DNA of 58,990 nucleotides, filler included, from Sphacelaria rigidula (lineage: Eukaryota): assembly GCA_964200075.2 (NCBI GenBank). It is 8 parts of 8 records of this genome, joined end to end, with 100 filler letters (N's around TTAATTAATTAA, not from the genome) between each part and the next. Parts side by side here need not be neighbours in the genome. Positions count along the whole stretch, not along the records: positions 29,548 to 36,833 come from CAXNAA020015627.1; positions 36,934 to 44,219 come from CAXNAA020015628.1; positions 44,320 to 51,605 come from CAXNAA020015629.1; 5 more parts are not named here. The stretch is one strand, 5' to 3'. Made by a program: the position numbers and the translations under genes. Below, piece by piece: positions 35,031 to 46,871 of the stretch. Positions within the stretch are counted from its first letter, which is position 1, and the number at the start of each line of letters is the position of its first letter. The notes beneath the pieces are model-generated. The model was not told where the DNA came from. It saw nothing but the letters and a program-made list of their open reading frames with translations, and did no database searches.

Positions 35031-37990
35031 CTTGTGAGGGCGCGAGGGGTTCCGTGTCAGCTACGAATACGCTTCACGGCTTCCGGCGTTTACCGGTGGT
35101 CTAGGAATCCGATTATATCGTGAGATTCGATTTTGGTACAGGCATAAACAATGGAAAAAAATCGCATGTGCTGGACGTGCAAAAATAGCATACAAGGGTT
35201 ACAACACCACGAAAACGTGAAGAAGAGCTGTGACAACATGAACAAAAACGATCCATGAAAGAAAAAAATGTCGAAGAAATTAATACGCGCAGTACAGTGT
35301 ATACTTCGCAGGTGGTTGGTCCATTACGTTGAGCTTATGACTGCCCACGACTTTTGGGGATCTTTTCTACTACTACACAGGAGAATTGATTGATATGATT
35401 GATTGTCGCACTTTAACTGATCCACCAGAAGTCATGATCCAGTCGTGGTGTGGTCATTATCCATTATCCATAAAATAGACGTACCCGAGACAAAAAAAAC
35501 TGAAACACTCTCTGAAGAAAAGTAAGACAAGAAAAAAGATGTAGAACAGACAGAAAAAATAAAAGATATGTGCACTAAAATAACGTCAACATTGGCACAC
35601 GATTACCAGACGGGAAAAAATTCAAGGGCAGGTCGAGTAGAGTATACTCAATTGTGCGGTATTTTGAATGTCGTCCTTAAAGTACACAAATCGGGGGTAG
35701 GGTTTTAGGGATCGTTTTCCAGTGAATTTTTTGGGGTACGACTCCTGATACTCTACAGGGTGGTTCACGCTTATCACTAAAAAAATACTCATCGGCGAAA
35801 CTTCACGCCGTTTTAAGGAGTTAGACCCTGGAATTTTGCACGAATGCTCTGAGGGTCATTACGCAACTTTGCAGGAACGGTTTTTTTACTTAGGTTATTA
35901 CTTTTTCACCGCTTTTCGGGGGTCCCAGGTTTTTGGGGGAAACCTCGACCCAATCAGACTCCCGTACAATGGTAACAAAAATAAAAATAAAAAACCCGTT
36001 CCTGCAAGGTTGAGTAATGTCCCAAAGCACAGTTGTGCAAAATTTCAGGGTCTAACTCCTTAAAGCGGCGTGAACGTTTTGGTCTTTATGCGATAAAGTT
36101 TGTCGTGCCGCGGTGAAACCGCAAACTACTTGATTTTAGTACCAAAACGGCGTTTTTGAGCCTTCTTTGACGTGAACATCAAAATTCAAACATCAGTTGA
36201 TCGAGTTTTGCGACGAAAGTTTGTGGAGCCCATCCTTGCGTTATGCGGAGGCAGAGAGTTCGCGAAAAAATGAAAAAAAAAATCGTAGTGCCGTTTTCTG
36301 GGGTCTCGAAATGGAGACTACTCCGAAAAACGACTTCGATCCCGTCGGACCCCCGAAAAACGGTGAAAAACTCAACTAGTACAAAAAACATCGTCCGTAG
36401 AAAGTTGCGTGATGATACATAGCATATCTATGCCAAGTTTCAGGATCTAGCTCCTAATGACAGCGTGACAGTTTGCGCCTTGGTGCAGGACGTGGGCTTG
36501 AAACGTGCAACTCCTAACTACTTGATTTTAGTATCGAAACGTGCTTTTGAGGTGAACTTCACGTCAACGCCAGAAAAACTGTTGTATGAGGTTTTCGAGT
36601 TTCTTCACCAACATTTGTACATGTGCTTCTTGGACTCTCCCGGGACGAATCATCTCATTATTTTTCTTTTAGGACATTCTGTACCGCCTTCCGGGGGTCT
36701 TCACGCTGGGACCCCCGGAAGCCGGTACAGAACGGAGAAAACATGATATATTGTCCAGAATACAATTTTTCCGTTTGGAGCATCAATACCTACGAAACTA
36801 TCGAGTTTGAGGGCGATCTGAGCTTTTCTACAANNNNNNNNNNNNNNNNNNNNNNNNNNNNNNNNNNNNNNNNNNNNTTAATTAATTAANNNNNNNNNNN
36901 NNNNNNNNNNNNNNNNNNNNNNNNNNNNNNNNNTTTTTTCGTGCAACCAAATACCCCCCCCCCCCTATCGTAGGATGACTCGAGCGTAATGAACACTAGA
37001 ATACACATGTAAGCCGGATAAACAGTCTCAGGAACGGGGTCCGCCAATGACATAGATGAGCGGACTCGAAACGTTCAAACCTGTGGAACTGGATCTTCGG
37101 CAACCTAGGCAACGGGGTCTCCGGTAAAAGGGGCTCCTTGAACGTTGCCGGTACTGCCGTACCAGCTCGCTAAGTTGTTCTTCTTGCCTACCATCGGTCA
37201 CGGCCACATCCTTGCCTAGATGACAAGAGAGAATTACGCCTCGCTCTGGAGATCCTTCGGCAGCAGGGTACGACAACGTTCTCCTTCGGGACCCGTAACT
37301 CAACTGCCTCACCCCTGGTGAAGGCTAGTTCACGTACAGCATTATTCGTAGATAGGAATCGAGGAACAACGGGGTCATACTCGCGGAAATTGACGAGGCT
37401 CCTGGACGAATACATACTGTCGACACCTGAGCACTCAGCTCCATGCTCCCCCTAAACCATACCCTTGGTAGGCATTCGCTTTTATGAAGAGCGGGGCTGT
37501 CGCGCCCCGATGGTCGAACGGGGGTATCAGTGGCCAGTATGGGTGGAGTTCGTGGGGGTCGAAGAGCGACATATATGATCGAAATTGTTTCCTTCGTCAT
37601 GAGCTGCGTTACGTCACGTGTTCGGTTGAAGTCGGCGGGGTGAGGGAGTGCTAGTCCAACCCTCCAAAGCAGACACTGCAGGCCGGGCACCGGAGGAGAG
37701 ACGGGTTGATCCCATTATACTATAGACTCCTCGCGAGGAGGGCGACAGAACAGGAGTACTAAAAAAAAAAAGGAGACCGGGGCGAAGCACTGGTGAGTTC
37801 CCGAATGCCCAAGACGTGTCTGACTAATGTACGCGTTGCGGCTCGTACACGAACCGGCTCGAGTAGACCGGTGCGTTATAAAGTCGTTCGCTCTCACGAG
37901 GCATAAGTGCATTTGTGTTCAGCACCCCACACCCCTCCTCCAATCTTACGCTCACAGCTGATGTCGACATTTTCTGGCGCGCCAACTTAC

Positions 37991-39470
37991 CGTTGGTACC
38001 CGGCGCTAGCATGTACGCGTAGCCCGCGCCTCCGACGACCGTCAAGTAGTTGATGGGGGTCTCGATCACATCTAGGTGCATGTCCAGGCTGGCCACACCC
38101 AGGAAGTCACCACTAACTGGGTCGAAAACAGCGGCGGCGGTCGATATGCTCCAGACTTGGGACGTAGCGAACTGGTAGGGCTCGGTGAAGATGACCCCTC
38201 CCGCGCCGTCTCTCGCGTCTTGGTACCACACTCGACATCGAGGGTCGAATGTTTCGGGGGATGCGTCTCCGTATCCTGAGTACCGTTCATCGCAAGGCTG
38301 AAGCCGTTTCGAGTGTTTTCGCACCAAGTGGGTGGTCGGCAGTGATCGAAAGAGCGGTAGTGGTAGCGGGGGAAAGGGATGCGGAGTGCGGTAGTAAGTA
38401 TGTGATGAAAAGTGCTAGGCAGGTATTGATTGTTTAGTTGACTGGCGATGTATCAGGATGGAGTGGTGAGGAAAAGTTATTGGCTAGCCAAGGCTAAGTT
38501 GCTTCACACCAGTGAAAACACCGCCTGGCCATACACCTGCCTTGCGTTTCTACAATAATGTAGCCCAATATCTGTGTGCTCCCGCATACTTTGTTGTACT
38601 GAACCACCGAGCGCCCCCCCCCCGCCCCCTGAAGTGAACTCTAAGATAATCAGCCGTCGTTTTGTACCTCATTCCAGTTGGAGTAGGGTGTTACAGAGAG
38701 GTTCGAGCCGGGATATTGCTGCATATTCACATCAGGATCCTGGTCCACGCCGACATATACGAGCTCGTGTTGCCTCGACAGCCCGCGAAATAAGACGTCC
38801 ATTAACGCCGATCGATTTAGCATTCCTCCCAGTGGACTTCCGGGGGGAGGAACTTCATCAGGAGTCTTGTACCCGGTGATGTACCTGGAGGGTTGGGGGA
38901 GGGGGGACAGACAAGCTGGGTTCGGTGTTGGGAGCAGTGATGCAAGGGCAATGGCCGAGCGATTCGAAAGCCGTTTATTGCATGTGGCCATCCTAGCGGG
39001 CTGCTCGCCCTCGATAGTCGTCCAGATTAATTGATGCGTCTATCCCTCTTCTCCCTCGGCACCAAGAGCCCCCTTGAACATTTGTCCAACATGAAAAATC
39101 ACCGAACCATTGCCTGTCCCAGGTTCAACCTCTTGGGCGGTCACGGCACCACCACCGCATCCGCAACAGCGAATGTGGCCGACGTCGCCGCCTACAGTGA
39201 CCTGAATACTCCACCTAGCGATGGGGGTGGAGTTACGGAAGAGTACACGTTTCCATGTCAATATCTAACATCTCTCCTCACCATACACTGTGCTCCCACG
39301 TTTCTGACTCGGACTCGTTCAAGCCTCCGTTAGGTTGCACGTAGCCTTCAACTCCCATGGTGGTCGAGGATTCAGAGAGCACCTGTTCGCCGAAGGCTTG
39401 CAGCTGCAGCGTGCTTTCCTTGATGCGTTGAAACACCTCGGTCACGAAGTCGGCCTTATTCTGTGCCAGC
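37991..39470 (-). CDS. Cache (dCache-like) sensor-domain protein, internal exons 39470-39282, 38884-38668, 38297-37991
   Basis: Three exons with canonical AG/GT sites and compatible phases, no stops. FDPRCRVWYQDA...VIFTEPY...SISTAAAVFD...FLGVASLDM...GYAYML matches the Cache motif (YDPR.RPWY...W..PY...GV...D). Confidence 0.82.
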
Positions 39471-40504
39471 CTATTGTTGCCATTCGAAAGCAGGGGGGAA
39501 GATGGAAACAAGGCTATATTCAAAAAGACTGCGTGTCACGTTCGTCTCCACTGGTATGTGTTGCCGTCACACTCATTTTGAATACCAGGAACTCGAGGAT
39601 TGACACTCCCGTGCGTTGGATTCTTCTTGGAATGCAAAATATAGGCGGACGGTGGTGCATTGGGCACGTGCAACCCGATATTTGGGAATGAATAATCATG
39701 TACTAGTTTTTTTTTTCTTCACCATCACGATCGACTTTCCACACTGCGATAATTCTCGTGCGCGGGTACTGTACTCGTGAATAAAGATCGCCGCCGATTT
39801 GCTTTCTTTCCCCGGATGCTGCCCGAAGCTGCCGGAGCCGTGCACTGCGCGCGGGGTTTCGGCATGGCTCCAGTTGGATCCGGGCTCGAGCAGCAACTCA
39901 TCTTACGGAGCACGTACGGTTGTTGTATCTGCTGTACAAGGGAACGGCCTCGCTGACAAGGAAAAGGTTATGACCCGCTGATCGAGCAGATGTGTCTACT
40001 TCCTGTGTGTATATCACGCCGGCTTGAACAACGGTTGCTCAACTCAGATCTCCATCAGCAGCGGCCGAGAGGGTTAAACCCATGTGAACGACGCGCCATA
40101 TATCGACCCCGGATCGACCACCAGACGCATCGGCTGCTTGACGCACGTAGAAGCCAGCCGCCCTGCCATCAGTCCCAACTCCATACTCTAAGAGTCGAGG
40201 GTTTCTGGGATCCACAGACTACACAGGGAATTCATCGTTCGAGGTGGCACTGCCGGACAGCGGGTATCCGCTGGGCGATCGCGTTAGGGTTACTAGCTTT
40301 GAACTGCAACCGATTGTTATCTTCCGACATACGACCTCACGCCCGAAGGAAAAACTTGGCTCCTGTCACGTCATAGAGCAATTTTATGTACACGGGAGTG
40401 CCGGCACTACTTTTGCTCGCGGGGCAAAGTCGCGAGAATTCTCTATAGTGTCATACACCTTTGACCACCAGAGACCCATCATCAAAATGGCATATTCCCT
40501 AAAA

Positions 40505-40683
40505 ATTGCACACCCTGGACAATATATGGTCAAGAGATGCAATAGACGAGAAGTGTACTGCATCAACTATAGACCTATGGCAACTATTGCCGGCCGACAA
40601 TGGTCGCGATAGGCCTATACTTCATGCAGTACGTTTCTCGTCTGTGGCAACTATTGACCATATCTTGTCCAAGGGGTGAAATA
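40505..40683. repeat. Imperfect hairpin of about 175 nt (MITE or pre-miRNA-like)
   Basis: Arms of about 80 nt around CCGGCCGA (about 40590-40597); about 13 mismatches in 75 paired positions by manual count. Confidence 0.8.
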
Positions 40684-42594
40684 TTAATGGCGCCGCTTAG
40701 TACCATACGGTATCCATTACTATCTCCGTTCACAAAATTAGAATTGGAAGACACGATACACACTGCTGTGAACCGATCACCATTGACACGGAAGAGCAAT
40801 CTCCGTAGGGCCGTGGCGAATGTCATGCAATGCAGGGGTTCGGGCGAGGAACACCCAGTTTCGAACTGTCGTAGACGTCAGGAGATATCACACTGGATTT
40901 TCTTGTCCTCAATATAACGCTGGAGCTCCCTCTTCGTGTTGCTGGGCTGCACAGGCAAAACACCGGACCAAAGCATTTGCATCTTGTCGGCACCCCAGAA
41001 CGAGCGCCATATTTGGATGTGCCACCCATTCAGCCGTAAAATAATACAAGTTCCTCTGTTGCTCTGAGACATCACTTGATAGACAGCCGAAATGCGGCAG
41101 GCTTCCACAGTATGTACAGCAGGAAGGAGCTCATCTTTTCGGCAGCGCTAGCCTGGATGAAAGGGTGGTCGTAGCTGCGCAGCCATTGTTGCAGAGTCCT
41201 TTTTTACCAACACGTTTGCTGTTCGTGCCTCACTATTCATTTTTGAGGCATAACCCCACCGCATGAAAAAACGTGCCACCTGCACTCATGACGAATGAAA
41301 ACTACTTCGTGTTCCGTCACGACAAAGATACACTCAAAAACGAACAAATTTAGACGCTTCCCTCCCATGCTTCGTCTCGAAAGGGATGCGTGGTCAATGG
41401 TCAAATGACCAAGGCAAGCGAGAAATGAGTACCCCTTCCCCCCTCCCTCCCTCCCTCCCTCCCTCCTCTCCGTAGGTGCGAGCCTGGTCAGCGAAAACCC
41501 GGCATGCTCCGTCCTGACTTTGTAGGGATGCGAGGTCAATGGTCGTGTGACCCCGACATGTGAGATCACGAGTATACCCCCCACCCCCCATAGGTGTGGC
41601 CCAGAGACGAAAGGCGCCGTCCGGGCGTCTCTTGTACCGACGCCGGGATATTAGTACTGGGGCGCGCATGGTGACGTGATTAAATGAATACCCACAAATT
41701 ACTCGCCGTTCACGGTAATGGTGGGGAGGAGTTTCAAATGGGCACATGCCACCCCGGCAACTATGTTAAGCTGCTCGGGGAGTGAAATGCGTTGGATATG
41801 ACGCATATGCGAAGAGGTCGACAGTGAGTGGTGTTCATGTAATTCTAGCATAATTGCAATGTGCGATACACGTCATGTCTGCCCCGCGGCTGACTTCAGG
41901 TCAGTAGGTACAGGTTGGAGTGCGGTCGGTTCATCAACTGTACTCCGCCAACGGCGGGCGACCTGTTGACACATCTCTTACTCTACCTGAGGGGGCATCA
42001 TTGCGGACCCTGATTCTGTAGACCAATCCTCATGTACATCGGTTCCGTTTTTTCGTATGTACTCCTTGACTGTCAAGTTGATGTTGATGTCCACATGACT
42101 ACGTGATTGCTACCCTCCCGTGCTAGAATCACTGTTTATAATGATGATGAAAGAAAACCGTGTCCCCTGAGACTTTTAGTCTTCGATGAAGGGGGTTTTG
42201 TCATCCTGGGAGACCTTCCAAAGGGCGTCAAATGCCACACGTCAGCTCACCTCACACTTTCACACTGTCCAGTGTGGCTTTAGCTGTGGCGGTCAAACAC
42301 GCACATGAACGATAATGAAGGGAAGCTAATATAATGAAGGCTGTGCTCACTCGTCGTTTATCTTTGTCGTAAAAACACCACACCCTGGACAAAAGATTCT
42401 ATTGGGAAAAGTATACTCCGTACAGTATGGAATCTTTTGTCTGTTGCAATATAGGCACAACAGTCGATACTGTACGCAGTGAACTGTTTGACTGTGTATT
42501 CTTTTGTCCAGGGTGTGAAAAACACACGCACCAATACATCTGCTGCTCGAAGATATGATACTTCTCGTGGCGAGCGGATCTGTTTATTACACAT

Positions 42595-42917
42595 GCTTTT
42601 TTTTCTTCGTCCTATACTCTCAACTCTCAACCCCTCCCTTCCTCGAGACGAATCTGTGGCCCCGAGGGATCATCCCCTATCCCCCCTCGGTACGCGCCTC
42701 GATACTTTGGTCTCGCGGATTAGATAACGACTTTCGCTCACTCCCGCACCTCGTCAACTGTCGTGAAGCAAGCTCACATTCTTGTTCCGACAACGGCGGA
42801 AATCACATACTTGAAAAAAAAGAAAAGCAAACGCATCTGCCGGGAATCGAACCCGTGTCTTTCCCACCCCAACGATGTCAATTGGATCATGACAGTACAC
42901 CACCGGGGCGCGGCCGC
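42595..42917 (-). mobile_element. tRNA-derived SINE (family B)
   Basis: Minus-strand head GCGGCCGCGCCCCGGTGGTGTACTG, perfect B box GGTTCGATTCC, then a non-tRNA body ending A-rich. Confidence 0.6.
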
Positions 42918-43534
42918 TGTAGTGTCTGCACTCTGTCGTGTATGATGCCCAAGAGCAGGCTATTGTTCTTCGCGTTATCCCAGGCGCGGATAAGCGAAGG
43001 TTGCAGGTAGTCACTGAAAGCAACCCACTGTTCTTTTTGCCGATGTTCCCCCCAAAAGACCTCGCCGTACCACACCTTTTGTAGGAGAACTTTGCGGATA
43101 CACTTGCTCGTGCTTGGTTTCGGTTTTGTTCTCATTTCATGTTCTCATTTTGATTCATGTTCTTGTTTTTGCTTATTCGTTAGTCTTCCAGTTTTATACT
43201 CCGTGTGCTCTATTTCTTGGGGATAGACAAAGGGGGATACAGTCCCCCATATTTCAGCCAAAAGTTGGGGCTGTCCGAACCAGGCCCAAACCACTCAAGA
43301 ATCAATCCTCACGAGAAGGCAAGGCGTAGTGTATGGAAGAAACGTGATGAGCACTCCAATGTTGGAGGTCTCTATTAGGAGTAGGAACGGTGCTCCGTCT
43401 CGGAAGGGGTGCGTGGTCAACGGTCAAACGACTGAGGCAAGCATCAAATAAGTACGCCCCCCACGCCAAGGTAAGGCGCCCACAGCCCATGCAGAGCATG
43501 TGCACCAACTTTCGCGAACAAAGAGAGCGGTCTG

Positions 43535-43620
43535 TGATGGTGTAAGAGACAACCAACTAGACTACTGACCAGTCAGCGCTGACTGGTCAGTAGTCTAGTT
43601 GGTTGTCTCTTACACCGTCA
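43535..43620. repeat. Loopless palindrome, perfect over 43539-43616 (78 bp)
   Basis: GGTGTAAGAGACAACCAACTAGACTACTGACCAGTCAGC followed immediately by its exact reverse complement. Confidence 0.95.
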
Positions 43621-43952
43621 AAAAAAGTTAGTCGCTGCTTCGATTCCCGTCGGACGTACTTTCTTTGAAAAAAAAAAGAGGAGAGAAACCCTCTGTGAAA
43701 AATTGGCCCAAATGTAAAGGGTGGGGTAGCCTGGTGGCTATGTTTGGAGTGTACTGCTAAGGACCCCAGTGCACACACTCTGGAAATTAGTGGGGGAGAC
43801 GAGCAACTCGTACGGTGAAAGTGACAACATTAGAGGTCCTGATGGCAGTCGATGGAGCGCTGGCAAGGGGAGTCGCCCTCCTCGGAGTGAAAGTGACGGG
43901 GATCGAACCCCCACGACTAACGTTTGTGACGCTTTAAGAGACAACCAACTAG
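43595..43952. mobile_element. MITE with 18-bp TIR CTAGTTGGTTGTCTCTTA
   Basis: CTAGTTGGTTGTCTCTTA at 43595 and TAAGAGACAACCAACTAG ending at 43952; non-coding interior. Confidence 0.75.
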
Positions 43953-44319
43953 CACGCCTAGCACTAGCACCAACATCGATACTGTCACTCTAGCAGGTTG
44001 ATAGTACTGCAGCGTCTAAATGCTGTTGAGAGACTCCCCAGTTCCACTGGCCTCAAGGTCTTAGCTGTCAGCCTTCACAACACCTCGTCACTACCGGAGT
44101 GAACACCTGCAACCCCGTACCATCAGGCCTGGGCTACACAGCGAGGGTCATCATCCACAGGATGCCCTTGTCCCCTGGTCATCATCCAGGATCCACTATA
44201 TACTCAACCGTATTTAGACNNNNNNNNNNNNNNNNNNNNNNNNNNNNNNNNNNNNNNNNNNNNTTAATTAATTAANNNNNNNNNNNNNNNNNNNNNNNNN
44301 NNNNNNNNNNNNNNNNNNN

Positions 44320-44842
44320 ACTAGTAGAGTAAGTCATTCCACGGTGTTGAATCCCGCCTAGCTCTCGTTTGGGGCGTAAAGCAACGTAAAGGCTCCAAAA
44401 AGACACTTTTCCGGGGTTTTATTTTTGTCTATTATAAGAAGCGGCCTCATGCGCAATTTTTCAATGCGTATTCTTCATTTTTTCCATTTTCGAAAGTAAA
44501 CATTGTGCGCCAATTTATGCGTGTTTCCATTTTTTTCTGGACTCGACTGTTTCCTACCGTTCCGGCACAAGAATTCTCATCTGGCCAAAATGAAAACTGT
44601 GGCCACCGGAAAACGGGAAGATGTCCTGGAACCGCCTCAACTAGTAGAGTAAGTCATTCCACGGTGTTGAATCCCGCCTAGCTCTCGTTTGGGGCGTGAA
44701 GCAACGTAAAGGCTCCAAAAAGACACTTTTCCGGGGTTTTATTTTTGTCTATTATAAGAAGCGGCCCCATGCGCAATTTTTCAATGCGTATCCTTCATTT
44801 TTTCCATTTTCGAAAGTAAACATTGTGCGCCAATTTATGCGT
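44320..44842 (+). repeat. Near-identical direct duplication of about 200 bp (period 320 bp), with diverged inverted and direct relatives at about 44920-45000 and 45205-45300
   Basis: 44320-44522 matches 44640-44842 with about 3 substitutions. Confidence 0.9.
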
Positions 44843-45728
44843 ATTTTGGTGAAGTATGCGCGACTAGGCCCAACTGTAATGCGAGCCGTTCAATTTTTTC
44901 GAAAACCGCCTTTTGGATCCTTCTCCGTCGATATACGCCCGAGAATAGGGCTAGGCGGATGTTGACGCCTTGGAATAACTTGCTCTACTCGTTGAGGCCG
45001 TTTTAGGGCAACTTTGTATTTCCCCTGGCCGCACATTTGTTCCTGGCTAAAAGAGGCCAAACACGGATTTTCAGTAAGGAACGGTCAGGTGATCTAAAGT
45101 TCCTCTTGTTTTTTTATCGCTTGACCGTTGTTTGTTGAAATCCGTGTTGAGCAAAAAATGGAAGTGCGGCCAGCGGGAAATGCAAAGTTACCCTGGGAAG
45201 GCCTCAGTGAGTAAGAGCAAGTCATTTCAAGGCGTCAACATCCGCCTACCCCTCTTTTCAGGCGTAAAACAACGAAGTAGGGCCAAAGTCTTGAAATTTT
45301 TTGAATGGCTCCCACTAGAGTCGTTCTTGTGCGCCTTTTTCGTGTAGTTCCTGAGGTGGTTCCTGGTGACACCGCTCATGGAACGTACCTTACGGGTGTC
45401 AGGATTAAACTGTGTGTAGTACCCGGAACGTGTCGCAGGGGCAAGCGCCACAGCTGCTCAGCTAATCGGGAGAAGGATGTAAACACAAAGTACGCAGCTT
45501 GTATTATTGATGGTTCCCGAGAACGTGCAGAGAAGAGTAAACGAGGAGGTGGCCATGTAGAGATCTGCAGTACCATTACTCTGACGGTTATAACAAGTTG
45601 AACCGTAGCCAATCACACCGACTATTCTGTGTCTAACAGTCCGCATGTTAGGCTGCAACTATGACAACGCCTTAATGGTCTTGAACGCGTTGACTACTAA
45701 ATGAATAGACATATATCATTTCTTGACA

Positions 45729-45740
45729 CTCCCCCTCAAC
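45729..45740 (-). promoter_or_regulatory. Polypurine tract of the copia element
   Basis: Minus-strand GTTGAGGGGGAG abuts the 3' LTR. Confidence 0.85.
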
Positions 45741-46624
45741 GGAAATAGCATCTTGAAAATATCCTACTCTTTCAAGATCATCTTCAATTAATAACATCAG
45801 TATAATGTTGAAAAGTTAACGAACAGTATACTCCAGTTGAACACGCCAAACCTTGACTAACTAATTCCAAAGGAGCTATAGATAGCAAATACATACACAC
45901 AAACTTGAAACTAGTGATACTACTGCTACGATGAGCTATCCATTCCTTGTTTAAACTAGTAACACTACTGCTACAGTAAGTTATCCACTCCGTGTCAGTC
46001 GTGCTTTCGTCATCGTCATTGTCTTGGTCTTGATTGCTTGAACAGTCACATCGGTATTGGTACAGTCAGAACCTGAGTAATTTTATTTAACAAACAACAC
46101 GCAAAAGTTACACAGAAAGAAGACACAGAGGGACTGACCCCCCCTTTCAAGCCTTCTTTCAGTCGTTGAAGTTCTTGATGAGAATCATGAGATATCGGAA
46201 CCTCTGAGTTGAAAGGAACTTTGTTCCGATGTCAGCTATTTGATTCTCTGTTTCAATGCAATGAGTTGTGATCTTCCCAGATTCCACCAACTCCCTCATG
46301 AAGAAAAAACGCAAGGCGACGTGTTTCGTCCTTCCGCTGAAAATACGGTTGGCAATCACTTGAAGAGTTGCTGTGTTGTCTAGGTAGATAGCTACAGTGT
46401 TGAACGATGATCCACATCGCATCTCAATAATCATATTCGAGCAGTAGACCGCCTCCTTGATGGCAAGCGCTCCGGCAACCCGTTCCACTTTCATGGTTGA
46501 TTGTGCAGTAAGTCCCTGCAGCCCGACTTTAAAGCTAACCGGGGCTTTCCGCCAGCATGCATCGAATCATAGCAGCCAGCGTCCCTCCATCGCGTTCGGA
46601 AATCCCAATCTGCTGAGGCGCGTT

Positions 46625-46871
46625 GTTGTTGTCTTCACATTTAAAAGCGTTCCGATATCTGCGCGGTACATTCGTACTGGGCATCTGATGCGGACGCCTT
46701 CCGTGGTCACAGGCTAGCAACAAAGAACAAAAAACACAAATAACAAAATAGACCCAGATTCAAAATGCACAAAACGCGATACAAGCAAAGCAGGAATATA
46801 TAATGAAGAAAGGGAGTAGATATGGCTAACCTCGGAAGATCCGGTGCCGCAGGTGGCGATTCGGACTTCAG
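46625..46871 (-). mobile_element. 5'-truncated LINE 3' end with (AAC)n tail, inserted in the copia integrase
   Basis: Splits VEFAAT|NAPQQIG. Ends ...AATGTGAAGAC(AAC)n. The same 3' end occurs at 58926-58990. Confidence 0.8.

Noticed and set aside
37028-37330. Next exon of the Cache-domain gene
   Set aside because: A phase-compatible acceptor exists, but the translation does not resemble a Cache continuation and I found no convincing donor.
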